Part shown: positions 15,353-15,767 of the stretch, piece after piece | Position numbering within the stretch: position 1 is the first letter of the stretch | Layout: each line of letters starts with the position of its first letter | Assembly (NCBI GenBank): GCA_039802265.1 | Contig: JBDRWI010000052.1 | Location: 1 to 15,767 of the forward strand | Direction of reading: 5' to 3' | Source of the DNA: a candidate division WOR-3 bacterium | Lineage (GTDB): Bacteria > Hydrothermota > Tepidihabitantia > SM23-42 > JAOAFX01 | DNA length: 15,767 nucleotides | Position numbers and translations under genes: made by a program | Notes under the pieces: model-generated | Told to the model about the DNA's origin: nothing | Databases searched by the model: none | What the model saw: only the letters and a program-made list of their open reading frames with translations

Positions 15353-15508
15353 AAGATACATCAGGGGAGAACCCCTGAAGCCCCCAGAGACGCTCCATCT
15401 TTAAGTCTGTGCACCTTCCATCGGCTATCGGAAACCCCTTCTTGTCCTCCTTTCTATAATGAAAAATTTCATTTTCTTGTATTGGAATTTTTCAAATTCC
15501 AATACAAT
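15353..15508 (-). repeat. Structured element copy B (inverted relative to 12440-12606)
   Basis: Reverse complement reads TTGTATTGGAATTTGAAAAATTCCAATACAAG...AATGAAATTTTTCATTATAGAAAG...GGACAAGA..GGGGTTTCCGATAGCCGATGGAAGGTGCACA...AAGATGGAGCGTCTCTGGGGGCTTCAGGGGTTCTCCCCTGATGTATCTT. Confidence 0.85.
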
Positions 15509-15520
15509 AAGAATAAAGGA

Positions 15521-15566
15521 GTAGGGACTTCAGTCCCGTGCTGTAGAGGCACGACCAAACCGTGCC
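15521..15566 (+). repeat. Two GTAG-type REP-like hairpins
   Basis: GTAGGGACTTCAGTCCC (15521-15537; stem GGGACT/AGTCCC) and GTAGAGGCACG-ACCAAAC-CGTGCC (15543-15566); GTAG plus a GC stem is the established REP signature. Confidence 0.6.
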
Positions 15567-15569
15567 GTA

Positions 15570-15604
15570 ACTCTGCTTCTGTGGTTTTTTTGTTTAAGCA
15601 GAGT
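15570..15604. terminator. Hairpin, possible terminator for the minus-strand gene or for a + strand transcript
   Basis: ACTCTGCTT (15570-15578) / AAGCAGAGT (15596-15604), a perfect 9-bp stem with a T-rich loop. Confidence 0.4.
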
Positions 15605-15644
15605 ATGATCTTTGACAATTTATTTGGAAACTGATAGCCTTTAA

Positions 15645-15767
15645 TCAGCGGCTTGTGCGAATCAATTCTCTGGTCTTTTCACCATCAGCCGCAATAAGGC
15701 TGCAAATATAACTAATCAATTCTCTCGTTTCCCGCCTTCCTTCTTCAATCATTTCTTTTGTTTCACG
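15645..15767 (-). CDS. 3' end of a truncated charged coiled-coil protein (runs off the window)
   Basis: Manual translation RETKEMIEEGRRETRELISYICSLIAADGEKTRELIRTSR* with recurring (E/K)T(K/R)E(M/L)I units; stop TGA at 15647-15645. Confidence 0.65.
   Translation of the reverse strand, partial: RETKEMIEEGRRETRELISYICSLIAADGEKTRELIRTSR

Noticed and set aside
12440..15508. Composite transposon bounded by the two inverted elements
   Set aside because: No transposase or target-site duplication, and the cargo includes a core ribosomal protein gene
15612..15617. TTGACA as an eighth promoter
   Set aside because: No -10-like hexamer 16-18 bp downstream

Overview
AT-rich bacterial chromosomal window. 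The FlgD/T9SS-type C-terminal domains, LVIVD repeats and lapAB suggest a diderm FCB-related lineage such as candidate phylum WOR-3 (inference only). Gene order: a 5'-truncated secreted protein (papain-like protease motifs, LVIVD repeats, C-terminal sorting domain); lapA-lapB-TPR/SPOR-mutS; a rubredoxin missed by the ORF track; an ECF sigma / zinc anti-sigma / Spy-CpxP-like triad; a minus-strand fabD / Rossmann-DUF2520 / secreted propeller operon; tRNA-Leu(CAA); rpmB (Zn-ribbon L28), ZIP transporter and UbiA-family prenyltransferase; and two small minus-strand coiled-coil genes. No integrase, transposase, reverse transcriptase or CRISPR array is seen. The most unusual signals are non-coding. 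(1) All seven recognisable sigma70-type promoters have a 16-bp rather than 17-bp spacer, with an A just before the -10 hexamer. (2) A ~160-bp multi-hairpin element occurs twice in inverted orientation: once as the apparent rpmB 5' leader, and once downstream of an orphan promoter that would transcribe it antisense, after a ~130-nt rod-like hairpin. (3) Four different 7/8-mer tandem arrays sit in-frame at the C-terminal sorting domain of the first protein.
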